Shown here piece after piece: positions 51,612 to 61,375 of a stretch of DNA of 64,000 bases; within the stretch, counting starts at the first letter, position 1; each line of letters opens with the position of its first letter. A program made the translations under genes and the position numbers. Source of the stretch: Spirochaetaceae bacterium (GTDB lineage: Bacteria > Spirochaetota > Spirochaetia > DSM-2461). The stretch spans positions 2,624,001-2,688,000 of the forward strand of contig OZ245056.1 in the NCBI GenBank assembly GCA_965224705.1, in the 5' to 3' direction. Below the pieces are notes generated by a model. That model ran no database searches and was not told where the DNA came from. It saw only the letters and a program-made list of their open reading frames with translations.

Positions 51612-51932
51612 ATGTATAAAATCTCATTCTATGTGCCCATTTCCGATGCAGAAAAGGTGAAAAACGCAATGTTTTCGGCCGGAGCCGGCATTATAGGCGA
51701 CTATGACAGGTGCTGCTGGGAGACGGCAGGTATTGGACAATTCAGACCACTGCAGGGCAGCCATCCTTCCGTTGGAACTCAAAACTCTGTTGAACGACTG
51801 GAAGAACTCAAAGTTGAAATGGTCTGCGACAGGGCCCACCTGAAGAACGCACTCAATGCGCTTATTAGCTCCCACCCATATGAGGAAGCAGCTTATGGTT
51901 TCTGGGAGATTGGGAATTTGGGGAGCATCTGA
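51612..51932 (+). CDS. YqfO/Nif3-like PII-type small protein
   Basis: FYVP...AMFSAGAG.IG.YD.C...GQFRP...HPYEE. Confidence 0.88.
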   Translation: MYKISFYVPISDAEKVKNAMFSAGAGIIGDYDRCCWETAGIGQFRPLQGSHPSVGTQNSVERLEELKVEMVCDRAHLKNALNALISSHPYEEAAYGFWEIGNLGSI

Positions 51933-51983
51933 AAGGATTCCCGGGCATTGGATTCCTGCGGCTTCACTGAAGCTTTCCAGCCT

Positions 51984-53297
51984 CTACTCCCTTAGATATG
52001 GAGCAAGGGCATTGTACCAGAAATTACTGCTGTCCAGGTAGATATCCATGGCATGATTCAACCTGTCTCCGGACAGGCTGAATTTTGTTTTTTCCGCATC
52101 CTCAAAAAGAAACTCTGTCTCCAGTGGCCGGGCACCATGTATAAGGGTAAGAATATCGATAACCCGCTGGGAATCCAGGGAATGGACATCGGAATAGACA
52201 ATTCTCTCGAAATCCGGGGATTCTTCCTCCGATAAATCCAGCACCTCCAGTTTGTCAAAATCTTCCAGGAACATTGCATAGAAAACAGGGGCGGAAAACA
52301 GAGCCTCAACCAGAGAACTGGCATCGTAACCTAAAATCTCAATGGCCAGTACCACGGCAAGATAATCGGAAACGTCTTCTTCCATGCCAACAAACTGAAG
52401 ATCAAAAATATCAATAAATGCATGTCCCAGTTCATGAAGGATTACATAGAATACACTGTCAATCAAAATTTCTTCATTTTCACTTGCCGAGTTCAGTTGT
52501 TTTTTTAAATTTCTGTATATGAAATCCATCAATTCATAGCCTATGGTAATATTCTGAGTATCCGGACTGTAATAGGCGTTTATTTCCTCGATTTCGGCGA
52601 AGGTGATGTAATGAACATTTTCGAAATACAGCATTCCATTGATCGCCTCTATCAACGAATCATAGGGAACTGATTCTATTAATGCCCTGTAGTACTTTTT
52701 CATTGCAGGATGAATCGGTTCTTCGTATTCCAGTACAAATTTTCCATCCGTTCCGGCCAATTCCCTGGCTCTGGCAAAATACTGGGTATAGGGGATTCCC
52801 TGCACCCGCATCAAGTAGGAAAGACTTCTATCCAGTTCACGAAGTATCTGGAGGTTTTTGAAAACCTGGAAATGCTCTTCCACAAGTTCCAGATCATCAT
52901 CGTCTGCATTTTCCCTGTAGTAATTCTCAGCCAGTTCCTTCAAGATCCTCATGTTTTCCTGAATTTCGGCTCCCAATGCTTGAAAGCTGTCCATATCAAT
53001 AGAAGATACATCCAGAATACCGTCTATGGTATCATCGACGGTCTTGTTGAGTACCTGAACCCGGTCATGGTTTAAACTGGCAAGAGCGGTGTTCAAGTCA
53101 TCATCATGAGTTACATAGAACGGTGTATTATCGATTTGCTGTCCTTCTATTCTGGGCACAATAATCTGCTGTTCCTGCTGATCTGAAAAATCTATAAACA
53201 TCACAGTCAGACCAATACCAAAGCACAGGATACAGATGAGCAGGAATCGGAGCAATTTCTTAATCGTACCTCGTTTGTTTTTTTCAGGATTCATCAT
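51984..53297 (-). CDS. Membrane-anchored putative metallopeptidase (DUF4344-like)
   Basis: N-terminal TM; NAYYSP, HELGHA...GMEED..D, DVHSLD.QR. Confidence 0.8.
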   Translation of the reverse strand: MMNPEKNKRGTIKKLLRFLLICILCFGIGLTVMFIDFSDQQEQQIIVPRIEGQQIDNTPFYVTHDDDLNTALASLNHDRVQVLNKTVDDTIDGILDVSSIDMDSFQALGAEIQENMRILKELAENYYRENADDDDLELVEEHFQVFKNLQILRELDRSLSYLMRVQGIPYTQYFARARELAGTDGKFVLEYEEPIHPAMKKYYRALIESVPYDSLIEAINGMLYFENVHYITFAEIEEINAYYSPDTQNITIGYELMDFIYRNLKKQLNSASENEEILIDSVFYVILHELGHAFIDIFDLQFVGMEEDVSDYLAVVLAIEILGYDASSLVEALFSAPVFYAMFLEDFDKLEVLDLSEEESPDFERIVYSDVHSLDSQRVIDILTLIHGARPLETEFLFEDAEKTKFSLSGDRLNHAMDIYLDSSNFWYNALAPYLRE

Positions 53298-54627
53298 TAT
53301 CTTCCTCGGGATAATTGAAATACGGCTCCACGGAATTGTACCAATAGTTACTTGCCCGCAGATAATTATTGGGAGATCTTATACTCGCAGTCGGGTAAAT
53401 CTTGTCGATTAAATAGTCATATTCATTGAGCACAGTATAGAGTGAAAACAAGTCGGCCCGATAGCCCACGAGCATGTCCAGAATTGAATAAAAACGTTGT
53501 TTACCCAGACGTAAGGAGTGGTCATAAGTATCATTGAAAATCAGCAGGCCCTGCTCGGAAGATTGGACCTCTTCGTCCTGTTTTCTTATTTCATGGATGC
53601 GGTAGAGGGCCTTGGCATACGGCATCACAGTTTTCTGAATCGTGCTCCAATCATAGCCAAAGACTTCAGCCGTCAAAATTACAGCCAGCTGATCGACTGT
53701 ATCCTCCATTTTTCCTGCATAAGGAATGGAAAAAATCTCATGAAAAGAATGGCCGAATTCCCGCAAGAGCACCATGGCGGTGATACGCATAATCTGATCC
53801 CTTACTTCACTCTCGGGCTTTAGTTCTGCATGGAAGATCTGCTCAATGTAGGCAATCTGTTCATAACTGATATTGATGGAATCGGTCGTCTGATCGTACA
53901 CCGGAATTTCAGTTTCGTCGTGCTCCAGAAACGTTACGAAATGCTCCTGATCCAGAAGAAATAGCTCATTGATTCGGTCAACAATTAATGGGAAGCTATC
54001 TTCCTGTGTTACCATATCGTAATAACGGTTGAGATCTGGTGTTTCCGGTTCCTGTATGCGCAGTACCCACCGTCCTTTTCCCGAAGGAACCCTGGCTGGT
54101 CGCTGAAAGAAGGTTTCCGTATCGTCTCCTGAAGCCAGCAGCCTGCGCGTGATTTTCCGATCCATGTCCCGGAGACGGTACAGCGTGAGGTAGTGATTCT
54201 TGTCCAGACGGACAAGTGCCCTGCCTTTAAAACCCTGAATATGCCGGTAAACAATCGATAACAGGGCCTCTACTTCATTCTTAAGATCCCGGAGCTTATC
54301 GACGTTCTCAGTCTCATATTCTCCTTCCTCATTGTAACGAACAATGAATCGGTGAACACGTTCGGTGATCTCTGTGTCAAAAAGATTGAGTTTTGTGTAG
54401 GGCTGTTTGGCCGGTTGATTAAGTGCTGTCAGAAGTTTTGACCGATCCAGCTTCAAGGTTTCTGAGATATAAGGTGATCCTACCCACATTTCCTGTTCAT
54501 AATCATAGTATTCCGGGTATTCGGGACTGAATACATGGGATCCGATCAGCAGGCCAAATGCAACAGTACCCAGCAGTACCAACAATTGAAAGAAAATCCG
54601 GATCCATTTCCACTTCTTGCTTTTCAT
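53284..54627 (-). CDS. Membrane-anchored DUF4344-like paralog with a degenerate zinc motif
   Basis: Same architecture as its neighbour but REFGH in place of HELGH. Confidence 0.72.
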   Translation of the reverse strand: MKSKKWKWIRIFFQLLVLLGTVAFGLLIGSHVFSPEYPEYYDYEQEMWVGSPYISETLKLDRSKLLTALNQPAKQPYTKLNLFDTEITERVHRFIVRYNEEGEYETENVDKLRDLKNEVEALLSIVYRHIQGFKGRALVRLDKNHYLTLYRLRDMDRKITRRLLASGDDTETFFQRPARVPSGKGRWVLRIQEPETPDLNRYYDMVTQEDSFPLIVDRINELFLLDQEHFVTFLEHDETEIPVYDQTTDSINISYEQIAYIEQIFHAELKPESEVRDQIMRITAMVLLREFGHSFHEIFSIPYAGKMEDTVDQLAVILTAEVFGYDWSTIQKTVMPYAKALYRIHEIRKQDEEVQSSEQGLLIFNDTYDHSLRLGKQRFYSILDMLVGYRADLFSLYTVLNEYDYLIDKIYPTASIRSPNNYLRASNYWYNSVEPYFNYPEEDNDES

Positions 54628-54739
54628 AATCAGCTTTCCTTATTCTGTTCCCGGCGGTTATGACAGTAATGGCAATTTGACATTTCCATCATGCAGACAC
54701 AATATTTCACTACATGCCTTGTTTCAAGTATCATGAGAC

Positions 54740-55654
54740 TCAGCATCCCTGCAATGAGCATACCCTGCCTATTTCAGGGTTCACTGCTGATGGGAACTTC
54801 AGTGTTACATCGGCAGCCGCTGCTGCAATTTTCAGGGTTTGTTCTATGGAGAGGTGCATGATTTCACTGTAGACGAGTCCAGCCATAAAAGCATCCCCGG
54901 CACCGGTGGCCGAAATGGGTTTGATTTTTTCAAATCTGTGACAGCCCTCCCTGGATTTCCTGTTCCAGTAGACACCCCGGGCACCCATTGTTATGAAGAG
55001 GCTGTTCAATCCTCTGTCAATCAGCATCCGGCCCGCCCTGGCCGCACTATCCTGATTATGAATTGAGATACCTGTCAGGACTTCGGCTTCCAGAGCATTG
55101 AGTTTCAGGGTATGAATGCGGCTAAGAATATTGACAAGTTTTCCGGCCTTGGCGGCTGATACGGGATCAACAAATAATGGTACTGAGTGAAATTCCCCTG
55201 CCAGATACTCCAGTGTGGTTTGCGGTAGATTTCCATCCATCACCAGGACTGCCGCAGCTGCAAGCAGGGAGTGTTTTCTCCCCAGTTCCGACGGGGTAAT
55301 GCGAGAAACAGCTTCCATATCGGAGAGTGCCAGGACCATGTCACCATCTTCATCAGTAACAGCAATGTACTGCGGCAATGCTGCTCCGGGAACAGTAATG
55401 CTGTGGGACATGCCCACTCCGGCACTTTTACATTGTTCCTGAACAAGACGGCTGGGAGAATCATCGCCTGTAACGCATATCAGCTCGGTTCGGATACCCA
55501 TCCTGGCAAGGTTCTCGGCAATGTTGCGTCCTACTCCGCCGGCGTTCATGCGAATACATCCCGGATTGGAATCCTTCATCTTCAGTGCTTGAGACGCAAG
55601 GCCAATGGTATCCAGAGCCGCCGCACCGACAACGATCACCGGGGGTTGCTTCAC
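54740..55654 (-). CDS. psuK: Pseudouridine kinase (PfkB family)
   Basis: DSNPG...GGVGRNIAENL, ATGAGDAF; directly after psuG; GTG start. Confidence 0.85.
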   Translation of the reverse strand: MKQPPVIVVGAAALDTIGLASQALKMKDSNPGCIRMNAGGVGRNIAENLARMGIRTELICVTGDDSPSRLVQEQCKSAGVGMSHSITVPGAALPQYIAVTDEDGDMVLALSDMEAVSRITPSELGRKHSLLAAAAVLVMDGNLPQTTLEYLAGEFHSVPLFVDPVSAAKAGKLVNILSRIHTLKLNALEAEVLTGISIHNQDSAARAGRMLIDRGLNSLFITMGARGVYWNRKSREGCHRFEKIKPISATGAGDAFMAGLVYSEIMHLSIEQTLKIAAAAADVTLKFPSAVNPEIGRVCSLQGC

Positions 55655-56593
55655 TTAGTTTTCCTCTGGATTTCTTCGTAATGCTTCATAGGCTGCTGCG
55701 ATTCTGGCTCCCAGACGGACATTGTTTTCCACCAGAGCGATATTGGCTTCCAGGCTTTTCCCGTCGGTCAATTCAGCTACCCGGGCAAGGAGATAGGGGG
55801 TAAGCCCTTTACCCGTTATACCCTGGACAGCAGCATCCTGGACTGCCGTTTTGACAGCTGCATTAATCTGCCGACTGTCCATACCACGATCTGCCGGAAC
55901 TGGCTGGGCAATAAGAAGACCGCCGCCTATGCCCAGCGACCATTTCGCCAGCATAACAGCTGCCGCCGCCTCAGGGGTATCAAGGCGTTGATCTACCCCA
56001 AAGCCGCTGTCCACCGAGTAGAAGGCCGGCATCCTGTCTGTACCAAAACCCAGGACCGGGACTCCCCGTGATTCAAGGCATTCCAGGGTAAGCCCGATGT
56101 CGAGGATGGATTTTATTCCGGCACAGATAACAGCCACGTCAGTACGAGCCAGTTCGTCAATATCGGCTGATATATCGAAGCTTTCCTGAGCCCCCCGATG
56201 GACTCCACCGATGCCGCCGGTTGCAAAGACCCGGATGCCCGCTATCGCGGCAATAATCATGGTGCCTGCCACCGTCGTTGCCCCATCCTTTCCGCTGGAA
56301 ACAAGAATGGGGATATCTCGTCGACTGGCCTTGGCCGTCTTATTGCCTGATCGGCCAAGCTTTTCTATTTCATCGATAGTCAGGCCTGCAGCGGGGCGGC
56401 CTTCCAATATTGCCATGGTGGCGGGAATCACACCGTTACTCCGCACAATGCGTTCCATGCGCAATGCTGTTTCCACATTGGTGGGCCAGGGCATTCCATG
56501 TGTGATAATCGTGGATTCCAGTGCCAGCACCGGTTTGTTGGATGCCAGGGCGTCAGCTACTTCGGGGGTCGTTCTTACAGTTATATTGTTCAT
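55655..56593 (-). CDS. psuG: Pseudouridine-5'-phosphate glycosidase
   Basis: ALESTIITHGMP, KASRRD, FATGGIGGVHRG, DISAD, KSILD. Confidence 0.96.
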   Translation of the reverse strand: MNNITVRTTPEVADALASNKPVLALESTIITHGMPWPTNVETALRMERIVRSNGVIPATMAILEGRPAAGLTIDEIEKLGRSGNKTAKASRRDIPILVSSGKDGATTVAGTMIIAAIAGIRVFATGGIGGVHRGAQESFDISADIDELARTDVAVICAGIKSILDIGLTLECLESRGVPVLGFGTDRMPAFYSVDSGFGVDQRLDTPEAAAAVMLAKWSLGIGGGLLIAQPVPADRGMDSRQINAAVKTAVQDAAVQGITGKGLTPYLLARVAELTDGKSLEANIALVENNVRLGARIAAAYEALRRNPEEN

Positions 56594-56613
56594 CGATATA
56601 ATTTAAATTGTGA

Positions 56614-56724
56614 GTGTCAGAAAGCTTGTTGAACTCTCATTACTTCCAGTAATTGCAAGGTTCTAAGTCATCAAAACAGCCGTATTAAAGAAATACTTTT
56701 CTAATTTAACAAGCTTTCTGACAC
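56614..56724. repeat. 111-bp element bounded by perfect 17-bp inverted repeats
   Basis: GTGTCAGAAAGCTTGTT...AACAAGCTTTCTGACAC. Confidence 0.7.
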
Positions 56725-56891
56725 CTGTAATACCTCCGCAAATATGTTCAGTTTTTCAGAGAATCAGGCACATTGACACAGCCGATTTATGACCGGAACT
56801 GCTGCAGCAATACCCGGTATTTTCTCCTTTCTCTCTGAGATTTGATTCAATCATAATCTGTTTTGGAAACAGCGCCAAGTATTGCATTCTT

Positions 56892-57668
56892 TTACTCGCG
56901 GAACTGGATGTGAGGTTGAGACCCGGTTTGATGTAATGGAGAGGATGAATAAATCCCCATCTGTTCAAGCACAAGTCCCACCCCCACCAGGCAGGCTGTT
57001 TCCGTTCGCAGAATTCTTCTTCCAAGCTGAATCAAGGTGAATCCAGTTCCTTCCAGAATTTCTCTCTCCCTGTCAGACCATCCCCGTTCCGGCCCAACGG
57101 CAAGAACAACCTGACGGAAATCTGCCGCCATCCCGGAGAGGGACATGGCCTTCTGACTGTTATCCAGGGCAATGAGCCGGATGTTCCTTCCCTTCGGCAG
57201 CACGTTCAGTGAACTGTTAAGATTTTTTCTGATAATGACCGATGGAAGGTGGGTGACGGCACCCTGCATGGCTCCTTCAAGAAGGGCAGACCGATACAGT
57301 TCATCCCGCCACAGCCTGGAGGAAAGATAGGACTTCTCATTGAGATCCGTTGAGCAGAGAATGATTTCCCTCACTCCCAAAGTACTCAAATCCTTCAGTA
57401 ATCGACGGGCCACTGGCGGTCTGGGACATCCTAAAAGAACTGTAACAGGGTAAGTGCCTGTTGAATCCCGTACAGGATTGAATCGAATTCTCCACCTGTT
57501 CATCTTCCGGGATATCAACGATGCATAGCCAACCTGCCCGCCGACAATGCCGGCCAGAAACTCATCGTCCACATTTAATTTCAGTATTTTCATAATATGA
57601 ACCATTCTGACATCATCACAGGGAATCCCATCAGCCAATTCATCTTCATCAAACAGAATAAGATTCAT
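56892..57668 (-). CDS. rsmE: 16S rRNA m3U1498 methyltransferase
   Basis: VGPERGWS..E, LGRRILRTETA. Confidence 0.92.
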   Translation of the reverse strand: MNLILFDEDELADGIPCDDVRMVHIMKILKLNVDDEFLAGIVGGQVGYASLISRKMNRWRIRFNPVRDSTGTYPVTVLLGCPRPPVARRLLKDLSTLGVREIILCSTDLNEKSYLSSRLWRDELYRSALLEGAMQGAVTHLPSVIIRKNLNSSLNVLPKGRNIRLIALDNSQKAMSLSGMAADFRQVVLAVGPERGWSDREREILEGTGFTLIQLGRRILRTETACLVGVGLVLEQMGIYSSSPLHQTGSQPHIQFRE

Positions 57669-58162
57669 CAGGTACGGTGATCAGTGTATGACTGAACTTC
57701 ATCATGCACAAATGTCACATGGATGCCTGCCTGGGCAAAGAGTTCTTCAGATTCCACACCGGCCTGGTACTTGCGTTCACACAGAACACGGGTAACACCG
57801 CAGGAAATGATTAACATGGCACAGGTGCGGCAGGGGGTCATTCTACAGTAGAGAGTTGCACCATCGAGGGAAACTCCCCGTCTGGCGGCCTGGCAGATAG
57901 CATTCTGCTCGGCATGGACAGTTCGGACACAGTGCTGTTTTTCAACCCCATCGCTGTGAAGAACGGTGTTGTACAGATGGCCTGCTTCATCACAGTGGGG
58001 CAGGCCCGGAGGGGCTCCCACATATCCGGATGCAAGAATTTGACGGTCTTTCACAATGACACAACCGCTGCGGCCTCTGTCGCAGGTTGCCCTCTTTGCG
58101 ATGGCGTTGGCCACCTGCATGAAGTATTCATCCCATGACGGGCGTCTATGAGTGCTTTTCAA
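57668..58162 (-). CDS. dCMP deaminase (ComEB-like)
   Basis: RPSWDEYFM, RATC.R, HAEQNA, PCRTC; TTG start. Confidence 0.92.
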   Translation of the reverse strand: MKSTHRRPSWDEYFMQVANAIAKRATCDRGRSGCVIVKDRQILASGYVGAPPGLPHCDEAGHLYNTVLHSDGVEKQHCVRTVHAEQNAICQAARRGVSLDGATLYCRMTPCRTCAMLIISCGVTRVLCERKYQAGVESEELFAQAGIHVTFVHDEVQSYTDHRT

Positions 58163-58201
58163 AGGCTTCCCTCCTTTTTCCTGACACTATATCATGCTTA
58201 C

Positions 58202-58570
58202 ATGGAAGGTGACCTTCTACGGACATGGAAAAGATCAAAAAAGGAGAGGGGCTGGAATAATTACGGCGATATTGCGGCAGATCTTCGGGAGAAATTGTAC
58301 CGAATCGCTCCGATTCCACGAAATATGGCCGTAGAACTGGCCGACTACTTCCTGCCCGGTCCCATTGATGAAGATTCCATCTATCGATTGGAAGAAGTAC
58401 TGGATATCATCGCCGGGCAGTGGAATGCGGAAAACAGTCTGTTGAACGATTCTGATTATGAATTCATCAAGGACCTCGCCAATGCCTGGGCACTGGAATT
58501 GGATATAGGCGTGCTGAATCAGATCATGCAGGTGATTGTAGAGATGGGAGGTTTTTCCAGCAATTCCTGA
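58202..58570 (+). CDS. Hypothetical protein
   Basis: Acidic, helical-looking ORF ahead of cbiF; start placed at ATG 58202. Confidence 0.6.
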   Translation: MEGDLLRTWKRSKKERGWNNYGDIAADLREKLYRIAPIPRNMAVELADYFLPGPIDEDSIYRLEEVLDIIAGQWNAENSLLNDSDYEFIKDLANAWALELDIGVLNQIMQVIVEMGGFSSNS

Positions 58571-58589
58571 GGGAACTCCAGAGGATGTT

Positions 58590-59342
58590 ATGAAAGTCTA
58601 TTTTGTTGGTGCCGGGCCTGGTGATCCAGACCTGATTACGGTTAAGGGCCGTAATCTACTTGAACAGGCAGATGTTGTTATATATACAGGGAGTCTAGTT
58701 TCCTCCAGGCTCCTGGAATACTGTGATCCCGATGCTGAGTTGATGGATTCGGCCGGCATGAATCTGAATGAAGTAGCCCATGTCTACCAGAAGAAGAAGG
58801 AGGCAGAGGGTATCATTGTCCGCCTGCATACTGGTGATCCATCCGTATACGGAGCCATTCAGGAACAAATTGACCTGCTCAATTCCTGGGATATCCCCTT
58901 TCTCATCGTCCCCGGAGTTTCATCCTTTCAGGCAGCTTCTGCGGCTCTGGAGAAGCAGTTTACTCTGCCGGGAGTGAGTCAGACTGTTATCCTCACCCGG
59001 GTGGAAGGACGTACCGCAGTTCCTGAATCCGAACGCCTGGAAGTTCTGGCGGAAAGCCATGCCACTCTTGTCATCTTCCTGTCTGTGGATAGGGCCGGAG
59101 ATATTCAGAGGCGTCTGACTCCCATCCTTGGCCCTGACATCCCGGTGGCCGTGGTGTATCGGGTAAGTTGGGATGATCAAAAAACAATAACAGGCCGATT
59201 AGGCAATCTTGAGACGATGGTCAGGGATTCCAATATTACCAGACATGCCCTGATTATTGTCGGTCAGGTTCTCAACTCGGAATATGAGAAATCGAAACTC
59301 TACGATGCCGCCTTCAGCCATGGATACCGCCGAGCAGAATGA
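58590..59342 (+). CDS. cbiF: (Cobalt-)precorrin-4 C11-methyltransferase
   Basis: GAGPGDPDLITVKG, RLHTGDPSVYGAI.EQ, SQTVILTR, SKLYD..FSHGYR. Confidence 0.95.
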   Translation: MKVYFVGAGPGDPDLITVKGRNLLEQADVVIYTGSLVSSRLLEYCDPDAELMDSAGMNLNEVAHVYQKKKEAEGIIVRLHTGDPSVYGAIQEQIDLLNSWDIPFLIVPGVSSFQAASAALEKQFTLPGVSQTVILTRVEGRTAVPESERLEVLAESHATLVIFLSVDRAGDIQRRLTPILGPDIPVAVVYRVSWDDQKTITGRLGNLETMVRDSNITRHALIIVGQVLNSEYEKSKLYDAAFSHGYRRAE

Positions 59343-60085
59343 TTGCCCTGAGTTTCATTACAGAGAATGGCCGACAGACGGCCGAAGAGCTTCTCAAACG
59401 GCTCCCCCGGAGTCAAATAGTTGATCTTCGAGGCAGGGGACAACTCCGCAAATGGGTTGAAATCCATTTCCATACATTCAGCGGCCATGTGTTCATTATG
59501 TCTCTTGGAATTGTGTACCGAATGATTGCCCCATTCATTAACAGTAAATACACCGATCCAGCTGTGGTGGTTGTGGATGATGCACGCCGCTATGCCATTG
59601 CGGCTTTGAGCGGCCATGAGGGGGGTGCCAATGTACTGGCCTGGAAGGTGGCGAGTCTGCTTGACTGTGAACCCGTCATCACAACAGCCTCCGACAGTAA
59701 TCGTCGGATTACAATGGGTGTGGGCTGCCGCCGAGGAATTTCCTCAAAAACAGTGGAAAAAGTAGTTCGAGAAGTTCTTGACAGGAACAATATAGGGATT
59801 GGTGAAGTGCGTATTGCCGGAAGTGTCGATATCAAAAATGGAGAATCAGGTTTGATTGATGCCTTTGAGACCATGGGTATCCCACTCGTATTTCTACACT
59901 CAAACCGCATAAGAACTTTCTCAGGGAGTTCCAGTATCTCAGAGCCTGCCTGGAAGCATCTTGGATTGCCCGGTGTGAGTGAACCATGTGCCCTATTGTT
60001 GGGAAGAAGGGCGGTACTTGTGCAGTCAAAAATTGCCGTTGATGGTGTTACCATCGCTTTAGCCAGGGAGGATGAACAGGTATGA
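59339..60085 (+). CDS. cbiG: Cobalamin biosynthesis protein CbiG (short form)
   Basis: GIVYRMIAP...K.TDPAVVVVD, LSGHEGGAN, VITTASD, GVGCRRG, GVSEPCA. Confidence 0.9.
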   Translation: MIALSFITENGRQTAEELLKRLPRSQIVDLRGRGQLRKWVEIHFHTFSGHVFIMSLGIVYRMIAPFINSKYTDPAVVVVDDARRYAIAALSGHEGGANVLAWKVASLLDCEPVITTASDSNRRITMGVGCRRGISSKTVEKVVREVLDRNNIGIGEVRIAGSVDIKNGESGLIDAFETMGIPLVFLHSNRIRTFSGSSSISEPAWKHLGLPGVSEPCALLLGRRAVLVQSKIAVDGVTIALAREDEQV

Positions 60086-60840
60086 AAGGAACCATGAGTG
60101 TCGCCGGGACAGGACCGGGCAATCTAGGGAATCTCACCCCAATGGCACAGGAAAAAATCAGATCAGCCGAAGTGGTCGCAGGGTACGGTGGTTATCTTGA
60201 GCTGATCAGTCCCCTTCTCAAAGGTAAAACAATCATCTCAAGTGGTATGCGAAAGGAAGTGGAACGCTGCAGTGAGGCATTGGAGCAGTACCGGCAGGGC
60301 AGGCATGTTGTTCTGGTTTCAGGCGGGGATGCCGGGGTGTACGGTTTAGCTGGACTGGTACTGGAACTGATGAGTCCGGACGAACAAAGAGATCTTATTG
60401 TGGTGCCGGGCATTACTTCAGCGACAGCCTGTGCGGCTCTGCTGGGAGCTCCACTCGTCCATGATTTTGCCGTCATATCCCTCAGCGACCTTCTTACCGA
60501 AGTCAATCTCATCGAGAAACGCCTTCGACTGGCGGCTGAAGGAGATTTTGTAGCGGTCATATACAACCCGAAGAGTCTGAAACGTCATCGACTTTTTCAA
60601 TTGACTTCTGAAATATTTCTTCAGCATCGTCAACCTGAAACTCCGGTAGGTTTAGTTCAAAACGCCTACAGGAATGCTCAGAGGGTAGAGATTACTTCTC
60701 TACAGTACCTTGGAAATCAGAACTGGGTGGATATGAAAACAACTTTGATTATCGGCAGCAGTCAAACCAGGGTGAGCGGAAACAGAATGATAACTCCAAG
60801 GGGGTATTCTCTCAGGGCAATCGCATCTAAAATCCACTAG
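60082..60840 (+). CDS. cbiH: (Cobalt-)precorrin-3B C17-methyltransferase; last residues supplied by a MITE
   Basis: GTGPG, SGGDAGVYG, GAPLVHDF..ISLSDLLT, YNPKS, TPRGY. Confidence 0.93.
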   Translation: MKGTMSVAGTGPGNLGNLTPMAQEKIRSAEVVAGYGGYLELISPLLKGKTIISSGMRKEVERCSEALEQYRQGRHVVLVSGGDAGVYGLAGLVLELMSPDEQRDLIVVPGITSATACAALLGAPLVHDFAVISLSDLLTEVNLIEKRLRLAAEGDFVAVIYNPKSLKRHRLFQLTSEIFLQHRQPETPVGLVQNAYRNAQRVEITSLQYLGNQNWVDMKTTLIIGSSQTRVSGNRMITPRGYSLRAIASKIH

Positions 60841-61375
60841 CCAGAGTGTTCTTCAAAGCCTTATTCATGGGTTTTTAACCGCAGAGGACGCAGAGAGCGC
60901 AGAGTGTTCAAGATAAATGTTGACCAATCTGTTTATGCTATAGAGACGAAAAAACCCGGACTAAAGTAAGACTTTTTCTCCATTTTTGGGCGTTTTGCCC
61001 AAAATGTGGGTGCGTCCATGCGCCCACGGGCAGCTCTAAGCGGTTTTAAGAGCTGCCCTATATCTCTCTGCGTACCTCTGCGTTCTCTGCGGTTTAATGC
61101 CGCTTTGAGGAGATTCCACATTCTTTGAGACACTAGGAGTCTGTCGGATTTACGTCTCACGGCTCGATTTTTGCCCTTTTTCCCTGCTGCTGCGTTGCTA
61201 AAACACTCACGTAGCCCAGCTACGCTCCGTTTTTGTCGCCTTGCATCAGGAAAAAATCATCAAAAATCGCCTCAAAGCCTTAAAATCCGACAGACTCCTA
61301 GATAAAAATTTCCATTGACCTCGAAAATCAGTGTTTTTCATTCTTTTTGGGACAGAATTAGATGCAATTACCCTG
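60813..61375. mobile_element. MITE family B, copy 2 (398 bp plus a 165-bp nested insert)
   Basis: Near-identical to 39001-39398; perfect 10-bp duplication GGTATTCTCT at 60803-60812 and 61376-61385. Confidence 0.92.
61137..61297. mobile_element. MITE family A, medium copy (161 bp), nested in family B
   Basis: TIR GAGTCTGTCGGATTT / AAATCCGACAGACTC with CTAG on both sides; absent from the 39001 copy. Confidence 0.92.
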
